Assembly (NCBI GenBank): GCA_041394245.1
Contig: JAWKIR010000002.1
Span: 2,756,305-2,820,304 of the forward strand
Direction of reading: 5' to 3'
DNA length: 64,000 nt
Source: Acidimicrobiales bacterium
GTDB taxonomy: Bacteria > Actinomycetota > Acidimicrobiia > Acidimicrobiales > Aldehydirespiratoraceae
The notes beneath the pieces were generated by a model that saw only the letters and a list, made by a program, of their open reading frames with translations, was not told the origin of the DNA and ran no database searches. The stretch's first letter is position 1, and every line of letters begins with the position of its first letter. Shown one piece after another: positions 8,791 through 17,908 of this stretch. A program made the position numbers and the translations under genes.

Positions 8791-9990
8791 TCAGGCCCCT
8801 GCGGCGTGGAACGGAAGGGACTCGTAGCGGCGGACGAACGCGCCGGGTGCGAAGCGGCCCGCTTCGGCGTCGACGGTGAAATCGGGGAACCGCTCGAGCA
8901 GGCGTTCGAGCGCGACCGTCGCCTGCAGGCGAGCCGCCGCCGCGCCGAGGCAGTGGTGGGCGCCGTAGCCGAGGCTGAGGATCCGGTCGAGGTGGCGCGT
9001 GACATCGAGGTCGCCCGCGTCGTCGCCGTACTCCCGCTCGTCGCGGTTGGCCGAGCCGTAGAGCAGCATCACCTTGGTGTCGGCCGGAATGGTCGTGCCG
9101 TGCCGCGTGACCTCGCAGGTCGTCGTGCGGGCGAGGTTCTGCACGGGCGAGGTGAGACGGAGGAACTCGTCGACCGCGGCGCGGATTCGGCTCGGGTCGT
9201 CGAGCAGGATCCGGCGCTGGTCACCGTGCGCGGTGAGCAACTCGGCGGCACCGCTCAGGAGGCCGGTGGTGGTGTCGTTGCCTCCGGTGACCATCGTGAA
9301 CACGAAGCCGATGATCCAACCGGGGGTGGCCACTTCCGGGCCGACCTCGACGAGTCCCGACACCAGATCGTCGCCGGGCTCGACCTTGCGCCGTTCGATG
9401 AGCTCCTCCCCGAAGGCGAAGAGCTCCATGAAGGCGTCGCCGGCCGACTCGAAACTGTCGGAGGCCGTGGCGGCGACGATCGCGTTGGTCCAGCGGTCGA
9501 AACGGGCGCGATCGCTCACCGGCACGCCCAGATAGTGGGCGACGACGAAGCTCGGCAGCGGCTTGAACAGCGCCTCCACGATGTCGCAGTCGCCCCGGTC
9601 GGCGATCTCGTCGAGCCGATTGTCGACGAAGGCTCGCACGCTGGCCTCGATCGCATTGACGCGGCGCGGCGTCATGGGCTTGCTGACGAGACGGCGCATG
9701 TCGGTGTGATCGGGAGGATCCATCATGACGATGGGCCGGGCATCGTCGCTGAACATCGCCGCCCCGTCCCTGTCGGGGGTCAGCCCCTGCGCTGAGGAGA
9801 ACGTGGTGGTGTCGCGGGCGGCATCGAAGACGTCGTCGAATCGGGACAACACGTAGAAGTCGCCGTGGACCGGATGGGCGACCCGGTGCACCGGCGCCTC
9901 GTCGCGCAGTCGGCGGTAGTCGTCCCACGGCGACCGCCAGCTCTCCGCGGATCGCAGGTGATACAGCCCGCTCGACTCTGTGTGGTCCAT
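8791..9990 (-). CDS. cytochrome P450
   Basis: I-helix GGNDTT, ExxR (EFLR) and heme-thiolate loop LGYGAHHCLG. ATG at 9990 preferred; the ORF track starts at a GTG at 10014. Confidence 0.9.
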   Translation of the reverse strand: MDHTESSGLYHLRSAESWRSPWDDYRRLRDEAPVHRVAHPVHGDFYVLSRFDDVFDAARDTTTFSSAQGLTPDRDGAAMFSDDARPIVMMDPPDHTDMRRLVSKPMTPRRVNAIEASVRAFVDNRLDEIADRGDCDIVEALFKPLPSFVVAHYLGVPVSDRARFDRWTNAIVAATASDSFESAGDAFMELFAFGEELIERRKVEPGDDLVSGLVEVGPEVATPGWIIGFVFTMVTGGNDTTTGLLSGAAELLTAHGDQRRILLDDPSRIRAAVDEFLRLTSPVQNLARTTTCEVTRHGTTIPADTKVMLLYGSANRDEREYGDDAGDLDVTRHLDRILSLGYGAHHCLGAAAARLQATVALERLLERFPDFTVDAEAGRFAPGAFVRRYESLPFHAAGA

Positions 9991-10040
9991 CCCCGTGCCC
10001 TTCGTCGAGAACACGCTACGTCGTCACCTATGGTCGGGTC

Positions 10041-10898
10041 ATGGTGTTGGACATCGTTCCCAGTGGGCAGGCCTGCGGCGCCATCGTTCGCGGCGTCGAT
10101 CTCGCCGGCCCCCTCGACGACGAGACCGTGGACGAGATCCGCAGCGCATGGCTCGCCCACAAGGTGGTCGCCTTCCCCGGGCAGCGACTCACCGACGACG
10201 ACCTCGAACGCGTCACGCTCCGGTTCGGACCGTTCGGCGACGATCCCTTCTTCGAGTCGATCGACGGGCATCCGCACATCGCCGCGATCCATCGCGCGGC
10301 CGACGAGACGGCGCCGATCTTCGCCGACTCCTGGCATGCCGACTGGACCTTCCAGGAGTTCCCGCCCGACGGCACGTGCCTCTACGGCAAGGTGGTACCG
10401 CCGGTCGGCGGCGACACCCTCTTCGCCGATCAGGTGGCTGCACTGGCCGCGATGCCGGTCGATCTGCGCCGACGCATCGAAGGGCTCACGGCCGTCCATT
10501 CCGCGCGACGCGGGTACGCCCCCGACGGTCTCTACGGCGACGACGACCGCGAACCGCGAGCGATGAGGATCATCGCGAGCGACGAGGCGTACCGCACCCA
10601 GACCCATCCCCTCGTGCGCGTGCACCCCGAGACCGGCACGGCGGCGGTCTACAGCACGTTCGGCTACATCATCGGCATCGAGGGGATGGCCGACGAGGAC
10701 GCCAACGCCCTCCTCGGCGAGGTCTACGCGTGGCAGACCCGCGAGGAGTTCCGCTACCGGCACCGGTGGGAGCCCGACATGTTGGTGATGTGGGACAACC
10801 GCAGCGTGCTCCATCGGGCCACGGGCGGCTACGACGGCTACGAACGACTGCTCCATCGCACGACGATCGGCTACAACCGCACGATCCGTAGCCGGTGA
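10041..10898 (+). CDS. TauD/TfdA family Fe(II)/2-oxoglutarate dioxygenase
   Basis: 285 aa with the HxD facial triad in SWHADWTF, a distal His in WDNRSVLHRA, and typical TauD length. Confidence 0.85.
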   Translation: MVLDIVPSGQACGAIVRGVDLAGPLDDETVDEIRSAWLAHKVVAFPGQRLTDDDLERVTLRFGPFGDDPFFESIDGHPHIAAIHRAADETAPIFADSWHADWTFQEFPPDGTCLYGKVVPPVGGDTLFADQVAALAAMPVDLRRRIEGLTAVHSARRGYAPDGLYGDDDREPRAMRIIASDEAYRTQTHPLVRVHPETGTAAVYSTFGYIIGIEGMADEDANALLGEVYAWQTREEFRYRHRWEPDMLVMWDNRSVLHRATGGYDGYERLLHRTTIGYNRTIRSR

Positions 10899-10922
10899 CC
10901 GACCTGCCCGAGGGACACGAGG

Positions 10923-12326
10923 TCAGCTCGGAAGTGGGAGCGTCTTCTCCGGGTTGAACAGGTCGTCGGGGTCGAGCGAGCGCTTGATCGTCCGCATCAG
11001 TTCCCACTCGATCGCCGGCTTCTGTGGCTCGACCCGATCGCGTAGGAGCGTGCCGAGACCGTGCTCCGCGCTCAAGGTGCCGCCGAGCTCGAACACCAGT
11101 GCGTCGATCGCTCGGCGCAGTTCGGGCCTGGCGTCGGCGAACGCGGGGATGTGGTCATCGCTCGTCGGGAGGATCATCATGTGGATGTTGCCGTCACCGA
11201 CGTGTCCGAATCCGTAGCAGAGCGCGTCGGGTGTGATGCGCGCCGCGAGCGAGTGCACCCGGGTGATGAACGCGCAGATGTGGTCGATGGGCACGGCGGT
11301 GTCGAGTTTCACGCCGTGGGCGTGGTGCTCGGGGAAGGCGCGTGTCGGCGGGATCTCGTCGCGGAGGAACCACAACGCCGACTCCTGCTCGGGCGTGGCG
11401 GCGACCACGGCATCGGTGATCAGGCCGGCGTCGTCGGCCGCAGCGAGCAACGCCGTCAACCTGTCGGTGACCGGTTCGGACGAGGCCAGCTTCACCAGCA
11501 TGTAGTGGTCGGCGCGCGTCTCGATCGGGTGCCCGACGCCGTAGCGCCGCTGCACCCGCTCGATCGCGACCTCCGGGATGAGCTCGAACGCGGTGAGGAT
11601 CGCCGGCGCGTGCACGTGAGCCAGGGCGTAGAGCGCCATGAGCGCGTCGAGGTCGGTGATGGCGGCGAGGGCGGACTGCTCGTGGGGTGTCGCGGGCACC
11701 AGTTTCAGGACCGCCGAGGTGACGACGCCGAGCGTTCCCTCTGCACCGATGAAGAGCTGTTTCAGGTCATAGCCCGACGAGTCCTTGCGCAGGGCCCGGC
11801 GTCCGTCCCAGATTCGTCCGTCGGCGAGGACGACCTCGAGCCCCATGACGTTGTCGCGGAGGTTGCCGTAGCGGACCACGTTGTTGCCGCCGGCGTCGGT
11901 GGCGATGGCTCCGCCGATCGTCGCCGTGCCCCGCGCCCCCCAGTCGGGTGCGAACTTGCGGTCGACCGCGGCCGCGGCTTCCTGGAGCGCTTCGATCGTG
12001 ACGCCCGCCTGCGCGGTGATCGTCCACCGTTCGGGATCGACCGACTCGATGGTGCGGAGCCGATCGAGCGACAGCACGACCGCCGCCCGGGTCGCCGGCA
12101 TCTGCGTCCCGCCCGAGAGACCCGTGTCGCCGCCTCTCGGAACCATCGCAACGCCGTGCTCGGCGCACGCACGGACCGCGGCGGCCACCTCGGTGGTCGA
12201 CGCCGGCCGCACCACGGTGGGATGTCCGACGACCACCGCTCCCGGACCGAGGGTGTCGGTGAGAAGGTCGAGAAACGCAGTGGTCGGGGCGGGCGGGGTC
12301 GGCGTGAGCTTCCTCGGCACGTCCAT
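10923..12326 (-). CDS. FAD-linked oxidase (GlcD / D-lactate dehydrogenase-like)
   Basis: 467 aa with PCMH FAD-binding block VPRGGDTGLSGG and C-terminal GTLSAEHGLG block. Confidence 0.85.
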   Translation of the reverse strand: MDVPRKLTPTPPAPTTAFLDLLTDTLGPGAVVVGHPTVVRPASTTEVAAAVRACAEHGVAMVPRGGDTGLSGGTQMPATRAAVVLSLDRLRTIESVDPERWTITAQAGVTIEALQEAAAAVDRKFAPDWGARGTATIGGAIATDAGGNNVVRYGNLRDNVMGLEVVLADGRIWDGRRALRKDSSGYDLKQLFIGAEGTLGVVTSAVLKLVPATPHEQSALAAITDLDALMALYALAHVHAPAILTAFELIPEVAIERVQRRYGVGHPIETRADHYMLVKLASSEPVTDRLTALLAAADDAGLITDAVVAATPEQESALWFLRDEIPPTRAFPEHHAHGVKLDTAVPIDHICAFITRVHSLAARITPDALCYGFGHVGDGNIHMMILPTSDDHIPAFADARPELRRAIDALVFELGGTLSAEHGLGTLLRDRVEPQKPAIEWELMRTIKRSLDPDDLFNPEKTLPLPS

Positions 12327-12429
12327 CGTCGTGACCGTACCCGACTCCTTCGGCGCCCGGTGATCGTGGTGACGACACTGCCGGGGATTCGATGCTACGA
12401 AGGGCCCGACGACGCCCTGGAGGTGCGAG

Positions 12430-13857
12430 ATGCGAGATCAGCTGCTGATCGGCGGTGCATGGCGGGACGGAAGCGCGGGCGAGCGCATCCCGATCGTCGA
12501 CCCGGCAACGGGCGACGAGATCACCACCGTCGCCGCGGGCACCCCGGCCGATGCGACCGCGGCGGTCGACGCGGCGGATCGGGCACAGCGTGATTGGGCC
12601 CGGGTGTCACCGCGGGACCGGGCCGAGATCCTGCGCAGCTGCTGGTCGACGCTCGTCGCCCACACCACCGAGCTCGCCGAGTTGATCACCCGCGAGCACG
12701 GCAAGCCGCTGGCCGACGCCCGGGGCGAGGTCGCCTATGCCGCCGAGTTCTTCCGGTGGAACAGCGAGGAAGCCGTACGCATCCGCGGCTCGCTGAGTAC
12801 CGCACCGTCGGGTGCCAACCGGATCATCGTGCGTCACCCGCCCGTCGGCGTGGTCGTCATGGTCACGCCGTGGAACTTCCCGGCCGCGATGATCACCCGC
12901 AAGGTGGCCCCGGCGCTGGCCGCCGGCAACGCCGTCGTGATCAAGCCGCCGAAGGAGACACCGCTGACCGCACTTCGCGTGGCCGAACTCCTCCAGGATG
13001 CCGGTGTGCCCGACGGTGTCGTCAACGTCGTACCCACCGCCGAGGCCGGCCCCTGGTTCGATGCCGCGACCGCCCACCGGGCCACCCGCATGGTGTCGTT
13101 CACCGGATCGACCGAGGTCGGTCGGGTCCTCCTGCGACGCTGCGCCGACCGGGTGCTGAAGGTCGCGATGGAGCTCGGTGGCAACGCCCCCTTCCTCGTG
13201 TTCGACGACGCCGACATCGACGCCGCGGTCGAGGGCGCGATGGTCGCGAAGATGCGGCACTCGGCCGAGACCTGCACCGCGGCCAACCGGTTCTTCGTCG
13301 AGACCGGAGTCGCCGCGGCCTTCACCGAGCGGCTCGCGGCCGCGATGCACGACGTGCGGGTCGGCAACGGGCTCGACGAGGGCGTCGGCTGTGGTCCGAT
13401 GATCAACCCTGCGGCGATCGAATCCATCGGTTCGCTGGTGGACGCCGCCGTGGCGGGCGGCGCACGGGTAGCGACGGGGGGCATGGCGCTCGACGGACCA
13501 GGCTTCTTCTACGCGCCCACCGTGCTCGGCGACGTCGCCCCGGGATCACCCATCACGCGCGAGGAGATCTTCGGACCGGTCGCCCCGGTCATCCCGTTCG
13601 ACGACCTCGACGTCGTGATCGACCACGCCAACGACACCGAGATGGGGTTGGCCGCATACGTCTACACCACCGACCTCGCCAAGGGACTCTCGGTCGCCGA
13701 ACGACTCGAGTCCGGCATCGTCGGCATCAATCGCGGCGCCATGTCGGATCCGGCTGCCCCCTTCGGAGGGATGAAGCAGTCCGGTCTCGGTCGTGAAGGG
13801 GCCAGCGAGGGCATCTACGAATTCTGCGAGACGCAATACATCTCGGCGAGCTGGTAG
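12430..13857 (+). CDS. NAD(P)-dependent aldehyde dehydrogenase (succinate-semialdehyde dehydrogenase-like)
   Basis: 475 aa with ALDH blocks VTPWNFP, ELGGNAP (catalytic Glu) and a catalytic Cys in ETCTAANR. GGAGG lies upstream of the ATG. Confidence 0.85.
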   Translation: MRDQLLIGGAWRDGSAGERIPIVDPATGDEITTVAAGTPADATAAVDAADRAQRDWARVSPRDRAEILRSCWSTLVAHTTELAELITREHGKPLADARGEVAYAAEFFRWNSEEAVRIRGSLSTAPSGANRIIVRHPPVGVVVMVTPWNFPAAMITRKVAPALAAGNAVVIKPPKETPLTALRVAELLQDAGVPDGVVNVVPTAEAGPWFDAATAHRATRMVSFTGSTEVGRVLLRRCADRVLKVAMELGGNAPFLVFDDADIDAAVEGAMVAKMRHSAETCTAANRFFVETGVAAAFTERLAAAMHDVRVGNGLDEGVGCGPMINPAAIESIGSLVDAAVAGGARVATGGMALDGPGFFYAPTVLGDVAPGSPITREEIFGPVAPVIPFDDLDVVIDHANDTEMGLAAYVYTTDLAKGLSVAERLESGIVGINRGAMSDPAAPFGGMKQSGLGREGASEGIYEFCETQYISASW

Positions 13858-13869
13858 CCCGCCGGCGCG

Positions 13870-14010
13870 TCACGCAGCGAGCGGCGGGGGGATCTCGTCG
13901 GCGTGGAGGGCGGCCGATTGCTCGGCGGCGAGATCGCGCACGATGAGCACGATGCTGGCGACGAGGGCCAGGGTCAAGACGGCAATCAGTGAAAAGGCAG
14001 CCAGGATCAT
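13870..14010 (-). CDS. hypothetical 46-aa single-pass membrane micropeptide
   Basis: Own translation: MILAAFSLIAVLTLALVASIVLIVRDLAAEQSAALHADEIPPPLAA*. GAGGGAGGGA lies 8 nt upstream of the ATG and GC3 is high. It is below the ORF-track length cut-off, and I recognise no homology. Confidence 0.4.
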   Translation of the reverse strand: MILAAFSLIAVLTLALVASIVLIVRDLAAEQSAALHADEIPPPLAA

Positions 14011-14063
14011 CTTCGGGTTCCCTCCCTCGGAGCGATCGGCGGCGGCCGGCTCCTTTGATTGCG

Positions 14064-14082
14064 GTCATGTTACGAACATGAC
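14064..14082. promoter_or_regulatory. perfect 8-3-8 palindrome GTCATGTT-ACG-AACATGAC (candidate operator)
   Basis: Read directly from the sequence. It is relatively AT-rich in a GC-rich context and lies between the amphi-Trp gene stop (14117) and the micropeptide start (14010). Confidence 0.35.
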
Positions 14083-14116
14083 GGAATCGTTGTCAATCGG
14101 GAGTGGGGGTGACCGG

Positions 14117-14335
14117 CTACCAGCTGATCGTGATCTCCAACTCCGATTCCTCGGTGCCGATCTCGATCTCGACCTCCACCTCGACGGAGTCGGGTACGTC
14201 GACCGTGTAGCGCAGCCCGTCTCGCGAGAATTCCAGGTCGTTGTGGCGGGCGAGCTGATCGGCGAGGGTTCGCAGCACTCCGGCCGCTTCCTCTCGTGTC
14301 AGCTGGCGCTTCTCTTCGAACTCGATCAGGTCCAT
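14117..14335 (-). CDS. amphi-Trp domain-containing protein
   Basis: 72 aa, highly acidic with alternating E/V/I strands, ending in ...EITISW with a C-terminal Trp as in the amphi-Trp family. AGGAG lies upstream of the ATG. Confidence 0.7.
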   Translation of the reverse strand: MDLIEFEEKRQLTREEAAGVLRTLADQLARHNDLEFSRDGLRYTVDVPDSVEVEVEIEIGTEESELEITISW

Positions 14336-14359
14336 GGATGCTCCTGTGGTCGGCGGGGG

Positions 14360-15004
14360 TCAGGGGGCGACGCCGGCAGTGCTGCCGACCGCCAGTTCGA
14401 CGAGGCCGTCGAGCTGGGCTTCGGTGAGTTCGCCGGTGGTCCGGGACACCACCGTGCCATCGGCATCGACGGCGACCCAGTAGGGGAAGCGGGTGAGCCC
14501 GTAGGCGGCCGCCATCGAACCGGCGCTGTCGTCGAGGATCACCGGCGTCTGCCAGTCCTCGCGGGCGAACCACTCGGAGGGCGGGTAGTTGCCGCCGCTC
14601 GGGTCGACGGCGGTCGAGACGGCGATCATCTCGAAGCCGTCGGGGAGCGTCGTGTTCTCGAGCCAGCGCCGCACCACGGGGACCTCGGCCTGGCAGTGCG
14701 GGCACCAGTGAGCGAAGAACCCGATCAGGCGTGCGGTGCCGTCGGGGCCGAGCTCGGTCGACCGGCCGTCGAGGAGCGTCGCCCGGACCCTGGGGATCGT
14801 GAGTCCCGCGCCCGCGTCCGTGTCGGAGTACGGCGTCAGGAAGTCGCCGTAGACGTCGATGGGACCCGTCTCGGTGTCGATGGGTGTGTCGACGGTGTCG
14901 GTCGTGTCATCGCCGTTTCCGGTGAAGACCACCACCGCGGCGACGGCGACGATGACGAGGAGCCAGGTCATCGGGGAACGGAAGACGGCGGGCAGTGACT
15001 TCAT
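14360..15004 (-). CDS. TlpA/ResA-like membrane-anchored thiol:disulfide oxidoreductase
   Basis: The ATG at 15004 (MKSLPAVF...) overlaps the dsbB-like stop (ATGA). There is an N-terminal TM anchor and a thioredoxin motif FFAHWCPHCQ. Confidence 0.85.
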   Translation of the reverse strand: MKSLPAVFRSPMTWLLVIVAVAAVVVFTGNGDDTTDTVDTPIDTETGPIDVYGDFLTPYSDTDAGAGLTIPRVRATLLDGRSTELGPDGTARLIGFFAHWCPHCQAEVPVVRRWLENTTLPDGFEMIAVSTAVDPSGGNYPPSEWFAREDWQTPVILDDSAGSMAAAYGLTRFPYWVAVDADGTVVSRTTGELTEAQLDGLVELAVGSTAGVAP

Positions 15005-15522
15005 GGGGTCTCCTTGACTGGGGTGCGGATTCCGGTGATCGAAACGGCGAGGATGACGGCGAAGCAGGTGCCGGCCATCTGGGGGATGGTCATCCAACCG
15101 AGTCCCTCCACCCAACGGGCCGAACAAGGGTTGGCAGCCTCGCAGAACGTCGACTGCTCGGGGAACAGCTGGATACCGATGTGGTACACCGACGCGACGA
15201 GGCCGACCCCGGCGAGTACGGCGACGTATGGGAGCACGGCGCGGTCACGACGAAGCGTTGCCATGACGCCGATCGCCGCGATCGGATACATGGCGATGCG
15301 CTGGAACCAGCACATCTCACACGGTACGAAATCGGCGATCTCGGAGAAGTAGAGGCTGCCGGCAACGGCGCCACCGGCGACGATCGTCACGAGCCGTAGG
15401 GCATCGCCGGAGAGCGCGTTGCGTCCGGCCTGACGGGTGAGCGCAACGACGACGAAGACGGCTCCGGCCAGCAGAACGAGCGCGGAGAAGTCGCCGACGA
15501 CGTTGGGGTCGATGTCGTTCAT
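15001..15522 (-). CDS. disulfide bond formation protein B (DsbB/BdbC family)
   Basis: 173 aa with four hydrophobic helices, a CxxC pair in PCEMCWFQR and a second Cys pair in FCEAANPC. Confidence 0.8.
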   Translation of the reverse strand: MNDIDPNVVGDFSALVLLAGAVFVVVALTRQAGRNALSGDALRLVTIVAGGAVAGSLYFSEIADFVPCEMCWFQRIAMYPIAAIGVMATLRRDRAVLPYVAVLAGVGLVASVYHIGIQLFPEQSTFCEAANPCSARWVEGLGWMTIPQMAGTCFAVILAVSITGIRTPVKETP

Positions 15523-15582
15523 CCGCCCTCAGTCTCTCGGGGGGAGCGTCGAGTACACAGGGTCACAGGTCCCGATTCTGCA

Positions 15583-15909
15583 TCAGGCCCGAGAGGTAGA
15601 CGGGGTCGGGCTGACGACCTCGTAGATCTCGATCGGCGACATGTCCTCGGTCAGGTCGCGCAGCAACCCGATCAGTTCCCCGGACTCGGGAACGGCGAAG
15701 TGGACGTGGAGGTCGGCGAGCGAGCTCCAGTGTTCGACGAACACGAAGCGCCGGTCGTTCTCGACGTCGCGGTGAACCGAGTGGAGCAGGCATCCGGGTT
15801 CGGTGCGGGAGCGGTGGACGTGGGCAAGGCAGAGCGCCTCGACCTCGTCGACGGTGTCGGGCCGGGCGGTCACCGAGCCGGTGACGATCACCATCGAGGG
15901 GGTGGTCAT
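15583..15909 (-). CDS. antibiotic biosynthesis monooxygenase (ABM) family protein
   Basis: 108 aa with a ferredoxin-like ABM pattern (VIVTGSV...VEHWSS..DLHVHF). Confidence 0.7.
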   Translation of the reverse strand: MTTPSMVIVTGSVTARPDTVDEVEALCLAHVHRSRTEPGCLLHSVHRDVENDRRFVFVEHWSSLADLHVHFAVPESGELIGLLRDLTEDMSPIEIYEVVSPTPSTSRA

Positions 15910-15998
15910 GTCAGCGACCGTAGTGGGAGCCGGCCTTGGCGAGTACGAGCGCGCGGATCGCCTCGGCCTCGTGGGGCGCCGGTCGCTAGGGTCCGGGC

Positions 15999-16799
15999 AT
16001 GAAGATCACTGACCTGTTCTCCGTCGACGGCAAGATCGTGCTGGTCACCGGAGGTTCTCGTGGCATCGGCGAGATGATCGCCGCCGGATACCTCGCCAAT
16101 GGCGCGAAGGTCTACATCAGCTCGCGCAAGGCCGAGGCATGCGATGCCGCGGCACAGCGGCTCATGGCCGAGCACGGCGGCGAGTGCGTCTCGGTCCCGG
16201 CCGACCTGTCGGGGCTCGAGGGCATCGACGCGCTGGTGGCCGAGATCTCGAAGCGCGAAGACCATCTCGACATCCTCGTGAACAACGCGGGCGTCTCCTG
16301 GGGGGCGCCGCTCGCGGAGTTCCCCGAGAAGGGCTGGGACAAGGTCATGGACACCAACGTGAAGGGTGTCTTCTTCCTCATCCAGCAACTGCTGCCGCTG
16401 CTCGAAGCCGGTGCGACCGCCGAGGACCCGAGCCGGATCATCAACATCGGTTCGATCGACGGCATCAAGTCGCCCGCGTTCGAGACCTACTCCTACGGCC
16501 CGTCGAAGGCCGCCGTCCACGCGTTGACGCGCCAGCTGGGCGGCCAACTCGCACCCCGCAACATCATCGTCAACGCGATCGCGCCGGGGCCGTTCCCCAC
16601 CTGGATGCTGAGCACCGGTGTCGGCACCGGCGGCGACGTCGAGGGCACCGATTGGGAAGCCCTCGGGCGGACCAATCCCCGTGGTCGCGTCGGCACCCCC
16701 GAAGACATCGCGGGCCTCGCCATCTTCTTGAGTTCGCGGGCCGGGGCCTACACCGTCGGCGAGGTCATCACCTGCGACGGCGGGATCATCGTCTCCTAG
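15999..16799 (+). CDS. SDR family oxidoreductase
   Basis: 266 aa with VTGGSRGIG, NNAG and YGPSKAA (Y-x3-K). Confidence 0.9.
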   Translation: MKITDLFSVDGKIVLVTGGSRGIGEMIAAGYLANGAKVYISSRKAEACDAAAQRLMAEHGGECVSVPADLSGLEGIDALVAEISKREDHLDILVNNAGVSWGAPLAEFPEKGWDKVMDTNVKGVFFLIQQLLPLLEAGATAEDPSRIINIGSIDGIKSPAFETYSYGPSKAAVHALTRQLGGQLAPRNIIVNAIAPGPFPTWMLSTGVGTGGDVEGTDWEALGRTNPRGRVGTPEDIAGLAIFLSSRAGAYTVGEVITCDGGIIVS

Positions 16800-17907
16800 A
16801 CCGATCCGGCAGGAACCGTTCCCGATAGCGCGCGAACGTCTCGTCGAGTTCGGCCCGGTCGACGCCGACCAGCGAGTACTCGTGCTGCCCGGCTTCGGCC
16901 GGTGGACGGGCATCGACGGGCACCGGGGCGATGTCGAACCGACGGCAGAGGCCATCGAGCGTTCCCTGGGGATCGGCGATCAGCTCGCGTTGATCGATGT
17001 GGGTCACCTGCGCGTCCGGGAGATCGGCGTCGACCAGCGCGTCGAGTGACCGGCCGTACAGATCGAGGTGGTAGCGGGCGATCTCGGTCTCGTCGACCGT
17101 GTCACTGAACGCCCGACGGAGGTTGGCGACGAGGCTCGTCACCGAACCCAACACCTCGGTCGGCTCCCGATGGGTGATCACGACCCGCGCATCGGGGTAG
17201 CTGGCGAGCACGGTCGGCAGGTTGTTGAGATGCACCGGCGACTTCAGGACCCACCGCGACGGGCGATGCCGTTGGAGGCTCTGGAGGACGAGGCGGTGCC
17301 GGTCGTAGGCCGGGGTCATGTCGCAGGCCTGGAGCCAGTCGACATACCGGGGAACCCGGTAGCGGCTGATGAACTCCTCGCTGCGGAACGCGAACGACAT
17401 CGCCGAGAGGCATTCCTTGTGCATGCGGCCCGCGTAGCGGTGGATCGACATCATCCCCTCGCTCCGCCGCTGTGGCCAGGTGAGCTCCTCGTCGGCCGCG
17501 GCGATCCGGGGGTCGTCGTCGGCCACGACCGCTCCGGGAGGAGGGGCGGGGAAGAGGAGCTCCCATCCCTCGGGTGCACGGAGCTCGGGATGCTGCGCGA
17601 GGAGTCCGTGAAGGAAGGTCGTGCCGGTGCGGGGCGCGCCGGCGACGATCACCGGTGCATCGATCCGTTCCGCGCCGATCGCCGGGTCGTGACGGGCGGC
17701 CGCTTCGAGTCGTGCCCGTTCCGCGATGATCCGGGTCAGCCACCGGTGGGTGAAGGCGCGGCCGTCGGCGGTCAGGGCGGCATCGACCTCGAGGGAGTCG
17801 AGGAGGAGGTCGAACGGTTCCGCGACGGTCGCCAGCGAACGCTCGATCTCGTCGGTCGTCGTGTCGGCCGCGTCGGCGGCGGCGACCACCAGGGCGGCGC
17901 GCTCCAC
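16786..17907 (-). CDS. sulfotransferase family protein
   Basis: 373 aa with PAPS 5'-phosphosulfate-binding loop GAPRTGTTFLHGLL. The GTG start lies 1 nt after the upstream stop, and the 3' end overlaps the convergent SDR gene by 14 nt. Confidence 0.8.
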   Translation of the reverse strand: MERAALVVAAADAADTTTDEIERSLATVAEPFDLLLDSLEVDAALTADGRAFTHRWLTRIIAERARLEAAARHDPAIGAERIDAPVIVAGAPRTGTTFLHGLLAQHPELRAPEGWELLFPAPPPGAVVADDDPRIAAADEELTWPQRRSEGMMSIHRYAGRMHKECLSAMSFAFRSEEFISRYRVPRYVDWLQACDMTPAYDRHRLVLQSLQRHRPSRWVLKSPVHLNNLPTVLASYPDARVVITHREPTEVLGSVTSLVANLRRAFSDTVDETEIARYHLDLYGRSLDALVDADLPDAQVTHIDQRELIADPQGTLDGLCRRFDIAPVPVDARPPAEAGQHEYSLVGVDRAELDETFARYRERFLPDRSRRR

Positions 17908-17908
17908 C

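Noticed and set aside
4508-9005. Minus-strand ORFs of 516, 528 and 497 aa antisense to the glycosyltransferase genes.
   Set aside because: They are Arg/Pro-rich with no recognisable domains. The plus-strand frames carry DXD and GT-A motifs and coupled start/stop overlaps.
13727-14068. 113-aa minus-strand ORF in the gabD-like / amphi-Trp intergenic region.
   Set aside because: It is Arg-rich, overlaps the 3' end of the aldehyde dehydrogenase gene and has no ribosome-binding site. The 46-codon ORF in another frame has a much better start context.
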